NCBI RefSeq assembly: GCF_902713615.1
Contig: NC_052149.1
Coordinates: 212,329,623 to 212,393,622, forward strand
Reading direction: 5' to 3'
Source: Scyliorhinus canicula
Taxonomy: Eukaryota
Length of the DNA stretch: 64,000 nucleotides
Made by a program: the position numbers and the translations under genes. This document shows, piece after piece, positions 50,747-62,689 of the stretch; position 1 is the stretch's first letter, and each line of letters starts with the position of its first letter. The notes under the pieces were generated by a model. The model ran no database searches, was not told the DNA's origin, and saw nothing but the letters and a program-made list of their open reading frames with translations.

Positions 50747-51799
50747 AGATCTGAAATGTATAACAGTTATTTGTATGACAGTATTTCATCAAGAGAAGTT
50801 TAAGAATTCTTGCTAGTGTCTAAACATGAGTTCATGCCTAAGATCTTACATGGAAAGATCTAAATTAATCAGGTCTTTCAGGCAGGAAAGGTGGGAAAAG
50901 AGGAGGACTGGTCAATCTGGAGTTGCCCCTTCCTGCAACTCAGTTGCCTTCCTATGTTTCAAGTGGACGGCAAGATGTGGTGGGTTTCAGCAATTCAACG
51001 TTCTTGAGTTGTCAAAGGTGGTTTATCTTTTGAAAAGTAGAGTGGCAGTAGTTTTGGATTGCACTGTCAAGAAACTGTGCACCAACTCTGAAAATGAAAA
51101 TCGCTTATTGTCACGAGTAGGCTTCAAATGAAGTTACTGTGAAAAGCCCCTAGTCGCCACATTCCGGCGCCTGTTCGGGGAGGCTGGTACCCTTACCCTG
51201 CACTACTCTAAGCTTTTATGGTAACCACATTTTCAGCTTTTATTATCTTTAGAACCATAGCACATACATCAGATGGTGTATCATCTGCACGCTTGGTTTT
51301 TGAATTATGGCAAATGAAACCTTAAAGCCAGTTAATGGAGAAAATATCTCTCTCGGAGCATTAATAATGCCTATTAAGCTGTTGAGTCCAAAGAGACTAT
51401 TCAGCATATTGTGTCTGTGGCCGTTATTTGCGTGATCAATCCAATTCTACTCTTGTTGCTGTGCTGTTGCTCTTTTCGGTTTCTGATGGTATGCAGGTGC
51501 AGACTATCTCCAAGACACTTGTCCACGGTGGGTTCCAGATTTCAGATCTATGCTGGGAACAATAAAATGTCATAAAGTTATTCCTTCCTGTCCATACTTC
51601 TATAAGAAGCTTGCGAACGGTGTTCTGTTAACCTGCACCAGGAAAGGTGCATGCTTGTGTTCGGAAAACCTAATCAGAAAAAGTCAAAGTCAGAAGTGTA
51701 ATTAGAAACAGTTAAAAGTAATTGATATATCATGGTGTCTAAGCGACTGGATGATTTGAGTGTCATGATTAATAATGCTATCCTGGGCTTTTCTCACAG

Positions 51800-51939
51800 G
51801 CTGATTGCGCTGCCATAGGGCAAGTGGAGACTGTGCTACACAGAGTCCGAAGAATGACTCCTCTCTGGAGATGGATCACTTACAGGCCCCTTGGATCCTC
51901 TTGCAGGAGCAATGATGAGTGTGGCACAAAATACTGCAG
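51800..51939 (+). CDS. LEAP2: LEAP2 exon 2 (propeptide, furin site, most of the mature peptide)
   Basis: Acceptor CTTTTCTCACAG|, ADCAAIGQVETVLHRVRR-MTPLWRWITYRPLGSSCRSNDECGTKYC(R), donor AG|GTAAAC, phase 2. Confidence 0.95.
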
Positions 51940-52692
51940 GTAAACAAGGAAACTCTTGAGGAAACAACACAAATTGAAAATCTAAACCCAATGAGATAAA
52001 GGTTATTACGACCAGTGTTTTACAACCATGCACATGAACTATGTGCAGGAGTAGGCCACTCGACTCCTCGAGCCTGCTCTGCCATTCAATAAGCTCACGG
52101 CTGGTCTGGTTGCAACTTCAACCCCACATTCCTGCCTACTCCCGATAACCTTTTGGCCCCTTGTTAATCAAGAATTAATCTGGCTCTGCCTTTAAAATAT
52201 TCAAAGACCCTAATTCCACTGCCTTTAGAGGGAGAGAGCTCCAGAGACCCACGACCCGCAGAGAAAAAAAAAATTCTCCTCATCTGTCTCAGTTGTGATC
52301 TAACTGGAAAAGACAGAAAAACTTACAAGTAAATCGATGTCTTGCACATTATGTAACCTAATACAGCTAATACTTTTAATCATGTGTGCTATTGTCTTAT
52401 CCCAGAATCCCCTTCCCCGGAACTTGCATGGTGCAAATAAAAAGGAATTGAAAGAGGAAAGTAAAGCCTTTTTCACAATCACAAATTTAGCCTTTAGAGA
52501 CAACACATGTAGAAAATGGCACAATTATATCACAGTCAAATTGAAAATGTGGGAATCTCAAAGTGTAAAACAAAAAATGCAAAGGAAAATTCAAACGCCA
52601 GTGCACTGCTTGTTCCCTTTTATAATTTAATGGTGATAGAAATCAAGATGGCCACATGTTCCTTTAAAATCTTATAAATAATTAGGTAAACA

Positions 52693-52916
52693 TTCTGGCC
52701 TTTGCGTCCCTGGTAGCCTGGCGCAGGATTCTTTTACAGTGGAAGGATGCGAAGCCCCGGAGCATGGAATCCTGGGTTAACGACATGGCTGGGTTCATCA
52801 AACTGGAGAGGGTCAAGTTTGCCCTAAGGGGGTCGGTGCAAGGGTTCTTCCGGTGGTGGCAGCCGTTTCTAGACTTCCTGGCGGAGCATTAGGGGGTGGT
52901 CAACTTCAGCAGCAAC

Positions 52917-52962
<46 letters not shown>

Positions 52963-53205
52963 AGGGGGGGGTTACCTGTTCGCTATAGGGGTGTGTATTT
53001 GGTTTCATGGTTTCAAGTTCATTATTTTTGTTAATTTATTGCTTTTGTATTGGGGGGGGGGGGAGGGGGGGCGGTTACTGTTTTTCTCTCTTCTTTTGTT
53101 TTGTTGGTCAAAATTTTGTTGAAAATTTGAATAAAAATTATTTTTAAAAAAAAATCATTTATAAGAGTAGATGTTAAATAAAATCGTGTTGCATCTCAAA
53201 AAAAA
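52693..53205 (+). mobile_element. Tx1/L1 3' fragment with an apparent 3' transduction, in LEAP2 intron 2
   Basis: Homologous to the 3' end of the element at 62690-63140. 13-bp TSD AATTAGGTAAACA (52680-52692 / 53206-53218). Two AATAAA plus A-tail units. Confidence 0.8.
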
Positions 53206-53293
53206 AATTAGGTAAACACTGAATTGGATTATCATGCAAAACACCTTCTACTTTGGTTTATATTTTCATCCAAGAATTGCCTTGTTTTTGCAG

Positions 53294-53330
53294 AAAGAAG
53301 CGCTGCTCCTTGGCTGTCCATGAAGACTGA
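53294..53330 (+). CDS. LEAP2: LEAP2 exon 3
   Basis: Acceptor TTGTTTTTGCAG|, (R)KKRCSLAVHED*. Completes a 40-aa mature peptide with 4 Cys. AATAAA at 53536-53541. Confidence 0.93.
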
Positions 53331-53589
53331 GTTTCAGACAAAGCTTTTGTAAAGAATCACACTCAAAACAGTCATGTAAATTAACTTTGACCAATGTATT
53401 TATGTAAATAATCTTTGGGCAATGTCGTTGTGTAAATTACTTTTTAGCCAATGTTCTCCTGTAAATTAATTGTGTACAGTGTTGACTTTAAGTACATATT
53501 ACATATGTGTGTGTATATATGTCAAGTTAAGGTTGAATAAAATGTACAAATATGTGAACAGTAGAATCGACTGGATATGTTTCTTTTTT

Positions 53590-55600
53590 TTTAGAAAATA
53601 TTTTATTGTAGTGTTTGTAATTTTCAGTTTTAACAATTTAATATCTCTTAAACAACCGAGCGGGCCGACACACGCTACAACTTTAAAATAGTAGACCCTA
53701 CTAACAAAGCCCTATCTCCTGATTACCCATATATTAAGGTCCCTGTCCTCGTCTTACACAACCATGCCTCCCATTTTCCATCCCCCCCCCTCCCCCCACT
53801 GCTGACGTTCAATTTTCCTTAAAGAAGTCGATGAATGGCAGCCACCTCCGGCCAACCCTTGGGTTGAACGTCTCAAGGCGAACTTAATTTTTTCCAGACT
53901 GAGAAACCCTGCCATGTCGCTAACCCATACGCCTGACTTTGGAGGCACCAATTCCCTCCATCCCAGCAAAATCAGTCTCCGGGCCACCAGGGAGGAGAAG
54001 GCCAGGACATCGGTCTCCCTCCCTCCCAGTGCCCCCAGATCTTCCAATACCCCAAATATTGTCATTTCTGGACTCGGAGTCACCCTCTCTTCCAGGACCT
54101 CTGACATGACATCCGCAAATCCCTGCCAGAATCTCCTCAACGTCGGACACGCCCAGAACATATGTACATGAGTCGCCGGGTTTCCCCACAGCGTCCGCAC
54201 CTGTCCTCCACTTCCTCGAAAAACCTACTCATCCGAGCCACACTCATACGAGCCCTATGAACTGGATCAGGCTAAGCCTGGCACATGACGAGGATGAATT
54301 AACTCTCCTCAAGGCCGTTTCCCATATTCCAACTTCCAACTCACCTCCCAACTCTTCCTCCCACTTCCTCTTCACCTCCCAGATTGGGACCCCTTCCCAT
54401 TCCATCAATTCCTTGTATATCTCAGAGACCGTCCCCAACTCCCGTTTTTGACATCACCTTATCCTGTAGTCACCTTAGGGAAAGCTTGGGAACCTCCCTC
54501 CGAACAATGTCCCAGACCTACAGGTACCGAAATCCGTTCCCACCTGGCAACTCCAACTCTTCCTCCAATGCCTCCAGGCTCGGGAAACCCTCCTCAATGA
54601 AACGATCCCCAAATCTCTCAATCCCTGCTCGCTGCCACCTCCTAAAACCCCCGTCCAGCCCCCCTGGAGCAAAACAGTAATTGTCACAAATCGGTGACCA
54701 CACTGACGATCCCGTCAATCCCATCTGCTGGTTCCATTGCCCCCACACCCTCAGGGCTGCCACCACCAGCGGGTTTGTGGAGTACCGAGCTGGTTGGAAC
54801 AGCAGGGGCGCCGTTAATAAAGGCTCCAAGCTTGTGCCCTTACAAGGTGCTGCCTCCACTCGCTCCCAAACAGACCCCTCCCCCACTACCCACTTCCTGA
54901 CCATCGATATGTTGGCTGCCCAGTAATAGTTCATAAAATTCGGAAGGGCTAAGGCCCCCCTCCCCGCGACCCAGTTCCAGGAGTGCCAGCCCACACAAAA
55001 CCCGAGATCACCGCATTCATTTTCCTAAAAAAGGCCTTTGGCACAAGAATCGGGAGACATTGAAAGAAGAACAGCAGCCTCGAGAGGACTATCGTCTTCA
55101 CCGTCTGCACCCTCCCCACCAGTGACAGCGTGAGCATGTCCCTCCTGCGGAAATCCCTTTTCATCTGATCGACCGCTCTACCCAAATTTTAAGTGAAGCT
55201 GCCCCCAATCCTTAGCCACCTGAATCCCCAGAGACCTGAAACTCCTCCCCACCACTTTAAAAGGTAACTCCTTCAATCTCCTTTCCTGCCCGCGTGCCTG
55301 AATTGCAAACACCTTGCTCTTTCCCATAATTAGCTTGTAGCCTGAAAACCGCCCAAATACTTCCAGTGCCTCCATAATTCCTACCACCCCGCCGCCCCAA
55401 CGGGCCTGTGACATAAAGGAGTAATTCTTCCGCATAGGGCAAGATCCTATGCTCCACCCTCCCTCTCACTATCCCCCACCAGACATTCGATGCCCTAAGG
55501 GCCATTGCCAAGGGCTCTAAATTCGCCAATGGAGCCTGGTATCGCAATCGGTCCCAATCCACAAATTCCTGCCCGAACCCAAATCTGCCTAGAATAACCC
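53590..55600 (-). mobile_element. Tx1/L1-clade LINE ORF2 3' part
   Basis: ALALPNFMNYYWAA, FGRFSGYKL, HVHMFWACP..FWQG and LEKIKFALR. A-tail near 53590. Confidence 0.85.
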
Positions 55601-55639
55601 CCCCGGGTATCCCCGAGAATATCCCCTCAGAAGAAGCGG

Positions 55640-57615
55640 CCTTCAGCTGTTCAGCGAGAGCAGTACCCAGGGGGCTGTCGAGAAGGTAAGTTACCCATTT
55701 TAAAAACTTACCTTACAGGAGAAGCGACCTTTGTTTTTTAACTAACTTTTTTTTTCGGAGTTGTTTTTTTTGTTTCAGAGCAGCAGGAAACCGGAAGTCG
55801 GCCATGGGGAAGTCTGGGAAGGTGTGTAGTACCTGTGTATACGTTGGCCGGTTGCTAAACCCGAGACACTACACTTGTTGAGTGAATATCTGGTAAGCTC
55901 TTCCTTTCTTTTTATTGTTTTATCTAGAGGGGATGGCAGGGAAGGCAGTGCAATATTCCTCCTGCAGAATGTTTGAAGTGAGGGGCGCCGTCAGTGTACC
56001 TGCTGATTTCACCTGTGGGAAGTGCACCCATCTCCAGCTCCTCAGAAACCGTGTTAGGGAACTGGAGCTGGAGTTGGATGAACTTTGGATCATTCGGGAG
56101 GGAGGGTTTCAGATACCTGGATAATGGGGGCTCATGGTAGGTGGGACCTCTACAAACGGGATGGTCTACACCTGGACCAGAGGGGTACCAATATCCTGGG
56201 GGGGGGGGGGGGAATTTGCTAATACTCTTCGGGAGGATTTAAACTAATTCAGCAGGGGGTTGGGAACCTGAATTGTAACTCCAGTATACAGGAGGTTGAG
56301 AGTAGTGAGGTCATGAGGTTTCAAGGTTGCAGGAGTGTACCGGCAGGCAGGAAGGTGGTTTAAAGTGTGTCTACTTCAATGCCAGGAGCATCCGGAATAA
56401 GGTGGGTGAACTTGCAGCATGGGTTGGTACCTGGGACTTCGATGTTGTGGCCATTTCGGAGACATGGCTAGAGCAGGGACAGGAATGGTTGTTGCAGGTT
56501 CCGGGGTTTAGATATTTCAGTAAGCTCAGGGAAGGTGGTAAAAAAGGGGGAGGGGTGGCATTGTTAGTCAAGGACAGTATTACAGTGGTAGAAAGGACGT
56601 TTGATAAGGACCCGTCTACTGAGATAGTATGGGCTGAGGTTAGAAACAGGAAAGGAGAGGTCACCCTGTTTGAGTTTTCTATAGGCCTCCGAAAAGTTAC
56701 AGAGATGTAGAGGAAAGGATTGCAAAAATTATTCTGGATATGAGCGAAAGTAACAGGGTCGTTGTTATGGGGACTTTAACTTTCCAAATATTGACTGGAA
56801 ACGCTATAGTTCGAGTACTTTAGATGGGTCCGTTTTTGTCCAATGTGTGCAGGAGGATTTCCTGACACAGTATGTAAATAGGCCAACAAGAGGCAAGGCC
56901 ACATTGGATTTGGTACTGGGAAATGGACCAGGACAGGTGCTAGATTTGGAGGTAGGTGAGCACTTTGGTGATAGTGACCACAATTCAGTTACGTTTACTT
57001 TAGCGATGGAAAGGGATAGGTATATACCGCAGGGCAAGAGTTATTGCTGGGGGAAAGGCAATTATGATGCGATGAGGCAAGACTTAGGATGCATAGGATG
57101 GGGAAGGAAACTGCAGGGGATGGGCACAATTGAAATGTGGAGCTTGTTCAAGGAACAGCTACTACGTGTCCTTGATAAGTATGTACCTGTCAGGCAGAGA
57201 GGAAGTGGTCGAGCAAGGGAACCGTGGTTTACTAAAGTAGTTGAATCATTTATCAAGAGGAAGAAGGAGGCTTATGTAAAGATGTGACGTGAAGGTTCAG
57301 TTAGAGCGGTCGAGAGTTACAAGTTACAAGGAAGGACCGAAAGAGAGAGCTAAGAAGAGCCAGGAGGGGACATGAGAAGTCTTTAGCAGGTAGGATCAAC
57401 GATAACGCTAAAGCTTTCTATAGGTATGTCAGGAATAAAAGAATGACTAGGGTAAGAGTAGGGCCAGTCAAGGACAGTAGTGGGAAGTTGTGCGTGGAGT
57501 CCGAGGAGATAGGAGAGGTGCTAAATGAACATTTTTTGTCAGTATTCACGCAGGAAAAAGACAATGTTGTCGAGGAGAATACTGAGATACAGGCTACTAG
57601 TCTAGAAGGGCTTGA
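55640..57615 (+). mobile_element. CR1 LINE 5' part (ORF1 zinc finger/esterase remnant, ORF2 AP endonuclease)
   Basis: ORF1 SCRMFEVR..FTCGKCTHL and DGLHL. ORF2 LKCVYFNARSIRNK..DVVAISETWL..GGGVALLVK..LDLVLGN..GDSDHN. Confidence 0.88.
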
Positions 57616-57616
57616 G

Positions 57617-58911
57617 GCCCTCCCCCCTCCCCCTCCCCTCCCCCCTCCCCTCCCCCTCCCCCCCTCCCCCTCCCCTCCCCCCTCCCCTCCCCCCTCCCCC
57701 CCTCCCCTCCCCCCCCGTCCTCCCCTCCCCTCCGCCCCCTCCCCCCCTCCCCTCCCCCCCCGTCCTCCCCTCCCCTCCGCCCCGTCCCCCCTCCCCTCCG
57801 CCCCGTCCCCCCTCCCCCGTCTCCCCTCCCCCGTCCCCCCTCCCCTCCGTTCCCCCCTCCCCCCCCTCCCCCCCTCCCCGTCTCCCCCCCTCCCCTCCCC
57901 TTCGTCCCCCTCCCTCCCCTCCCCCCGTCCCCCTCCCTCCCCTCCGTCCCCCCTCCCTCCCCTCCCCCCGTCCCCCCCTCCCCCATCCCCCCTCCCCCCT
58001 CCACTCCGTCCCCCCCTCCCCTCCTCCCATCCCCTCCCCGTCCCCTCCCCGTCCCCTCCCCTCCCCCTCCCCCCGTCCCCCCCGTCCCCCCCGTCCCCCC
58101 TCCCCTCCCCCGTCCCCCCTCCCCTCCCCCGTCCCCCCCCTTCCCCCCGTCCCCCGTCCCTCCCCCCCTCCGTCCCCCCTCCCCTCCCCGTCCCCCCCCT
58201 CCCCCGTCCCCCCCGTCCCCGTCCCCTCCCCCCTTCCGTCCCCTCCCCCGTCCCCCCTCCCCTCCCCCCCGTCCCCCCTCCCCTCCCCCCCCGTCCCCCG
58301 TCCCCCTCCCCCCCGTCCCCCGTCCCCCCTCCCCTCCCCGTCCCCCCTCCTCCCCCCGTCCCCCCTTCNNNNNNNNNNNNNNNNNNNNNNNNNNNNNNNN
58401 NNNNNNNNNNNNNNNNNNNNNNNNNNNNNNNNNNNNNNNNNNNNNNNNNNNNNNNNNNNNNNNNNNNNNNNNNNNNNNNNNNNNNNNNNNNNNNNNNNNN
58501 NNNNNNNNNNNNNNNNNNNNNNNNNNNNNNNNNNNNCCACTCCAACCCCCTCCCCTCCCCACCCCCTCCCCTCCCTCCCCCTCCTCCCCCCGTCCCCTCC
58601 CCTCCCCCCTGTCCCCTCCCCTCCCCCCTGTCCCCTCCCCCATCCCCCCGCCCCCTCCGTCCCCCCTCCCCCCCGTCCCCTCCCCATCCCCCCCCATCCC
58701 CCCGCCCCCTCCGTCCCCCTCCGTCCCCCCTCCCCATCCCCCCCGCCCCCCCCTCCCCCCGTCCCCCCCATCCCCCCGCCCCCTCCGTCCCCCCTCCCCA
58801 TCCCCCCCGCCCCCCTCCCCCCCCCCCCCCCCGTCCCCCCCCCTTCCTCCCCCCCCCCCCCCCTTCCTCCCCCCCCCCCCCCCCCCCTTCCCCCCCCTTC
58901 CTCCCCCCCCT
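57617..58911. repeat. C-rich low-complexity tract flanking an N gap (~58369-58536)
   Basis: (CCCCT/CCCGT)n-like sequence on both sides of an assembly gap. Confidence 0.9.
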
Positions 58912-59170
58912 CCACCCGGAATGTAACATTCCGATCTCCGCTGTCGTCGTGGTGGACTGCTTCTCTTGTTCCGCCGCCAGCTCCTCCAGCTTCTGGATTG
59001 CCTGTCTCTGGGTCATCAGTCTCTCCTCCACACGGTCAACCACAGTCCTGATCGAGTCCACCGCCCGGGCCAGGTCCTCCGCACACTCCCTGCAATGTTG
59101 AGTAAATTTCTCAGTCAAGAAGCTCACCAACTGGTCCATCGACCACTTGAGTTGTCGAGGTCAGACCCTG
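58912..59170 (-). mobile_element. Tx1/L1 ORF1 coiled-coil fragment
   Basis: MDQLVSFLTEKF..VDRVEERLMTQRQAIQKLEELAAEQE. Same strand as the ORF2 piece at 53590-55600. Confidence 0.6.
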
Positions 59171-59359
59171 CCAAGGCCAGCACTTATGTCCATTCCTGAG
59201 TGGCCTTGGGAACCTGGTGATGAGCCATCTTCCTGCAGGGCAGTCCATGTGCTGTAGGTATACACAAAGGGCTGTTAGGAAAGCGAGTTCCAGGATTTAA
59301 TCCACAAGTGAAGGAACAGTGATATGTGACACCATGTTGGAAAATGAGGTTGTTTACTT

Positions 59360-59930
59360 GCAGGGTGGGTAAAGGGGAACCATTTGATGTAATGAGTTTG
59401 CATTTCCATAAATCACTCAATAAGGTGTCATATAGAACTTTAGTGTCCAAAATTTCATGGTGTTACGACATTTGTGTGGATACAGAATTGGCTAACTAAG
59501 AGAAACGGAGTCAGGATAAATGGGTCATTTTAAGGTTGGCAAACTGGGACTAGTGGAGTATCTCAAGGATCAGTGCCGGGGCCTCAAATATTTATAATCT
59601 CTATTAATAACTTGGATGAAGGGTCAGTGTGCACAATAGCCAAATTTGCTGACGATGCATAGTTAGGTGGGAAAGCATTTTTGAGGAGGGCACAAAGGTT
59701 TTGAAAGGGATATAGAAAGGTTAAGGAAGTGACAAAAATTGGCAGATGGAACACAATGTTGGAAAATGAGGTTATTCACTTTGGCAGAAAGAATAGAAAA
59801 TAAAATATTATTTGGACAGAGAGAGACTGCAGCTTGTTGCTGTACTAAGGGAGCTGGGTGTCCTCGTATACAAATCACAGTTAGCTTGCAGGTGCAGCAA
59901 GTAATTGGAAAGGCAAATTAAATGTTGCTC
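59360..59930 (+). mobile_element. Degraded CR1 RT fragment
   Basis: SGVSQGSV.GP..IAKFADD motif region. Confidence 0.7.
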
Positions 59931-60533
59931 TTTTTGTGGGTCTGTATAACAGTTACCCTGTTCAAAGTGGTTTTAATTCTTCTAACTTTTTTCTGGATAG
60001 CTATTGGCGTTACCCAGTCAGAACCATTTAAATCACATTTGTGGATGGTTCTCAGAGCAGGGCAATTGTCCAGAGGAAATTTGCACTCCTGGACAATTGC
60101 TGTGCAAATCTTCTCTGTAAACCTCCAAAGGGGATTGCTCAGCAGATCCTTGAGATACTCAATCCGCTGCAGGGTGCTCAGAAGTTAGGCCCTGTATCTT
60201 TTTTTTAAAAAAATCCTAATAACATTCCAGAGTGGATAGGATCTGGAATGCCCAACCCGAGTCTGTGGTGGAAGTAGATGGAATCAGGGTTTTATAACCA
60301 ATTCAGGATAACCAGGCAGATCGAATTCTGGCCCCTTGTCCATTCTCATTGGTGCTTTCAGCTGTCTACATGCTAGGCTCTGAAATTCTTTCGCTGCATC
60401 CCATTGCCTCTTTGGTCCTGAACATTTTCATTAAAACCCATCTCTTTGACGAAACGTGGCCACCTGTCCAAATATTTGCATGCGACCTGGTGTAAAAATT
60501 GTGTTTTATAATGCGCCTGTGGAGAACGTTATT

Positions 60534-60705
60534 TTTTTTTAATAAACAATTTTATTGAGGTAGTTTTTGGCTTTATAAACAGTTACAGACATCATCAGAA
60601 AGAAAGCAAAAAAGGCAAAAATGTGCAAACATCCATGTACTTTCAATACTTCAATCGTAACATATTGCACCAGCCCGCTCCTCTCCCACCGGTACTACCC
60701 GCCAT
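60534..60705 (-). mobile_element. Short LINE 3'-end insertion with a 16-bp TSD
   Basis: TGTGGAGAACGTTATT at 60518-60533 and 60706-60721. Minus-strand AATAAA plus poly-A. Confidence 0.75.
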
Positions 60706-60849
60706 TGTGGAGAACGTTATTGATGCCAGATAAATACAAGTTGCTGCTTTTACAGGGCACCCAGAGAATAACAAGTGCTATTCTGTACCTAGTTCACTTT
60801 ACAAGACTTCCATGACTGGTTTAATTTTTACTTTGAATACTGAATCACC

Positions 60850-61275
60850 AGTGTCACCCATGTCATGAGTTTCTAGGTACAAATCCCACTCCAGGGCATG
60901 AGCACAAATAATCTAAAGACACTCCAGTGCACCACTGTGGGAGTGCTGCATGTGAGGTGCCATCTTCCAGATGCAATATGAAACTGAGGCCTCATCTATC
61001 TCCCCAGGGTGGATGCAAAGATCCAATGGCACTACTTCAAAGATCGACAAGAGAATTATACTTCGTGCCCTGGCCAATAATTATCCCTCAGTCAATATCA
61101 AAACAGCAGACTATCTGGTGATTATCACATTCTTGTTTGTAGAGAGTTTGCTATGCATAAATTGGCTGCCATGTTCTCTCCAAGTGACAATACTTCCAAA
61201 GATATTTCATTGGCTATAGAGCTTGGAGATATTTGGTGGTTGTGAAAAGTGCTGTATAAATGCAAGTCTTCCCTT
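60850..61275 (+). mobile_element. Deu-domain SINE (SacSINE1-like)
   Basis: GGATG.AAAGATCCAATGGCACTA..CCTGGCCAATAATTATCCCTCA..AAATTGGCTGCC..GTGCTGTATAAATGCAAGTC. Confidence 0.65.
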
Positions 61276-62327
61276 TCCTCCAACTGATCTTCTGCACATT
61301 GTTCATGCATCTGCAGCACAGGTCTAAGGTTTAACTGATAACTCGGCATCACTTTTGTAAAGTATTACTCAGGAACTCCCTTTGGGAATCACAGGTAGTC
61401 CTAATCATTCTGATTTTGAATACCACTAGTCCCATTATGAGTAGATACAACAAAAGCTGTAGTCTCTTTATGCTAGATACATTCACATTCAATCTTTAAA
61501 TACCCTGTTGTGTTAGCTTGGTGGGAGTATCTGTGCCTGTGTTGGAAGGTTGTGGTTTCAAGTCCCACTACAGAGACTCAAGCCAAACAGAGAAAATTAG
61601 GTGCTATACTTCTTTACAGTTACAAGTGAAAAACATGGTCTAGGAGAAAATAATGGACACATTACCAAGACCTGATGTTTTCTACCCTAGGGTAAAAAGA
61701 GAAATAAGTGAGGAGATTCAGGATGCATTTAAGTCATAATTTTTCAGACACTCCAGATTTGGAAATTGTGCTTTTGGATTGGGCAATTAAACTGTTATTT
61801 AAGAGATGTAAATCAATAAATTATAGATGTCAATTGTGGGTAATTACTGAATCAATTGTCAGAGGCAGTGACAGAGTACTTGGAACAAGTATGATTAACA
61901 GATAATAATTAGACTAAAGAGAAAAAATGTCTTAAAGAGCAGCACGGCTGCTCTTTCAAGCAGGTTCAATCCCGGCTCTGGGTCACTGTTCGTGTGGTGT
62001 TTGCATGGGTTTCGCCCCCACAACCCAAAGATGTGCAGGTTAGTGGGTTGGCTACTCTAAACTGCTCCTTAATTTGAAAAAATGCATTGAGTACTCTAAA
62101 TATATTTTAAAGAAAAGGAAAAATGCCTTAGTTTCAAGGAGTCTTTGGATTCTGGGAAAAAAAATATTAATAGGGTATTGTTTTGCTCCTAAACTCAGCG
62201 CACCACTTAGATTGGATTTGGGTGGCTGATCTTCAATCCAGAGGCATCCTCAACTATTTATTTAACATGGCTTAAAAATGTTAGAACTTGAGATGTTGCA
62301 GACAAGGCATTATATGGAAGGGCATTC

Positions 62328-62686
62328 AGGGCTGGTTTAGCAGTGGGCTAAATAACTGGCTTGCAATGCAGAACAATGGGCTGCACAGTAGCACAAGTGG
62401 ATAGCACTGTGGCTTCACAGCGCCAGGGTCCCAGGTTCGATTTCCCGCTGGGTCACTGTCGTGCGGAGTCTGCATGTTCTCCCCGTGGGTTTCCTCCGGG
62501 TGCTCCGGTTTCCTTCCACAGTCCAAAGACGTGTGGGTTAGGTGGATTGGCCATGTTAAATTGCCCATGGTGATCAAAAAGGCTAGGAGGGGTTATTTGG
62601 TTACAGGGATAGGGTGGAAGTGAGGGCTTAAGTGGATTGGTGCAGACTCAATAAACCAAATGGCCTCCTTCTGCACTGTTCTATGT
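62328..62686 (+). mobile_element. HE1 SINE (62378-62686) fused behind the head of a GGGCTGGTTTAGC-type SINE
   Basis: The head of one family is directly followed by a complete HE1 copy. Confidence 0.75.
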
Positions 62687-62689
62687 TTT

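Noticed and set aside
52337-52630. 97-aa ORF with a signal-peptide-like start in LEAP2 intron 2
   Set aside because: AT-rich intronic sequence with no family motif or promoter support.
57418-59139. Long Pro-rich and Gly-rich ORFs (366-573 aa)
   Set aside because: They are translations of a C-rich low-complexity tract spanning an N gap, probably partly an assembly or sequencing artefact. They are not extensin- or collagen-like genes.
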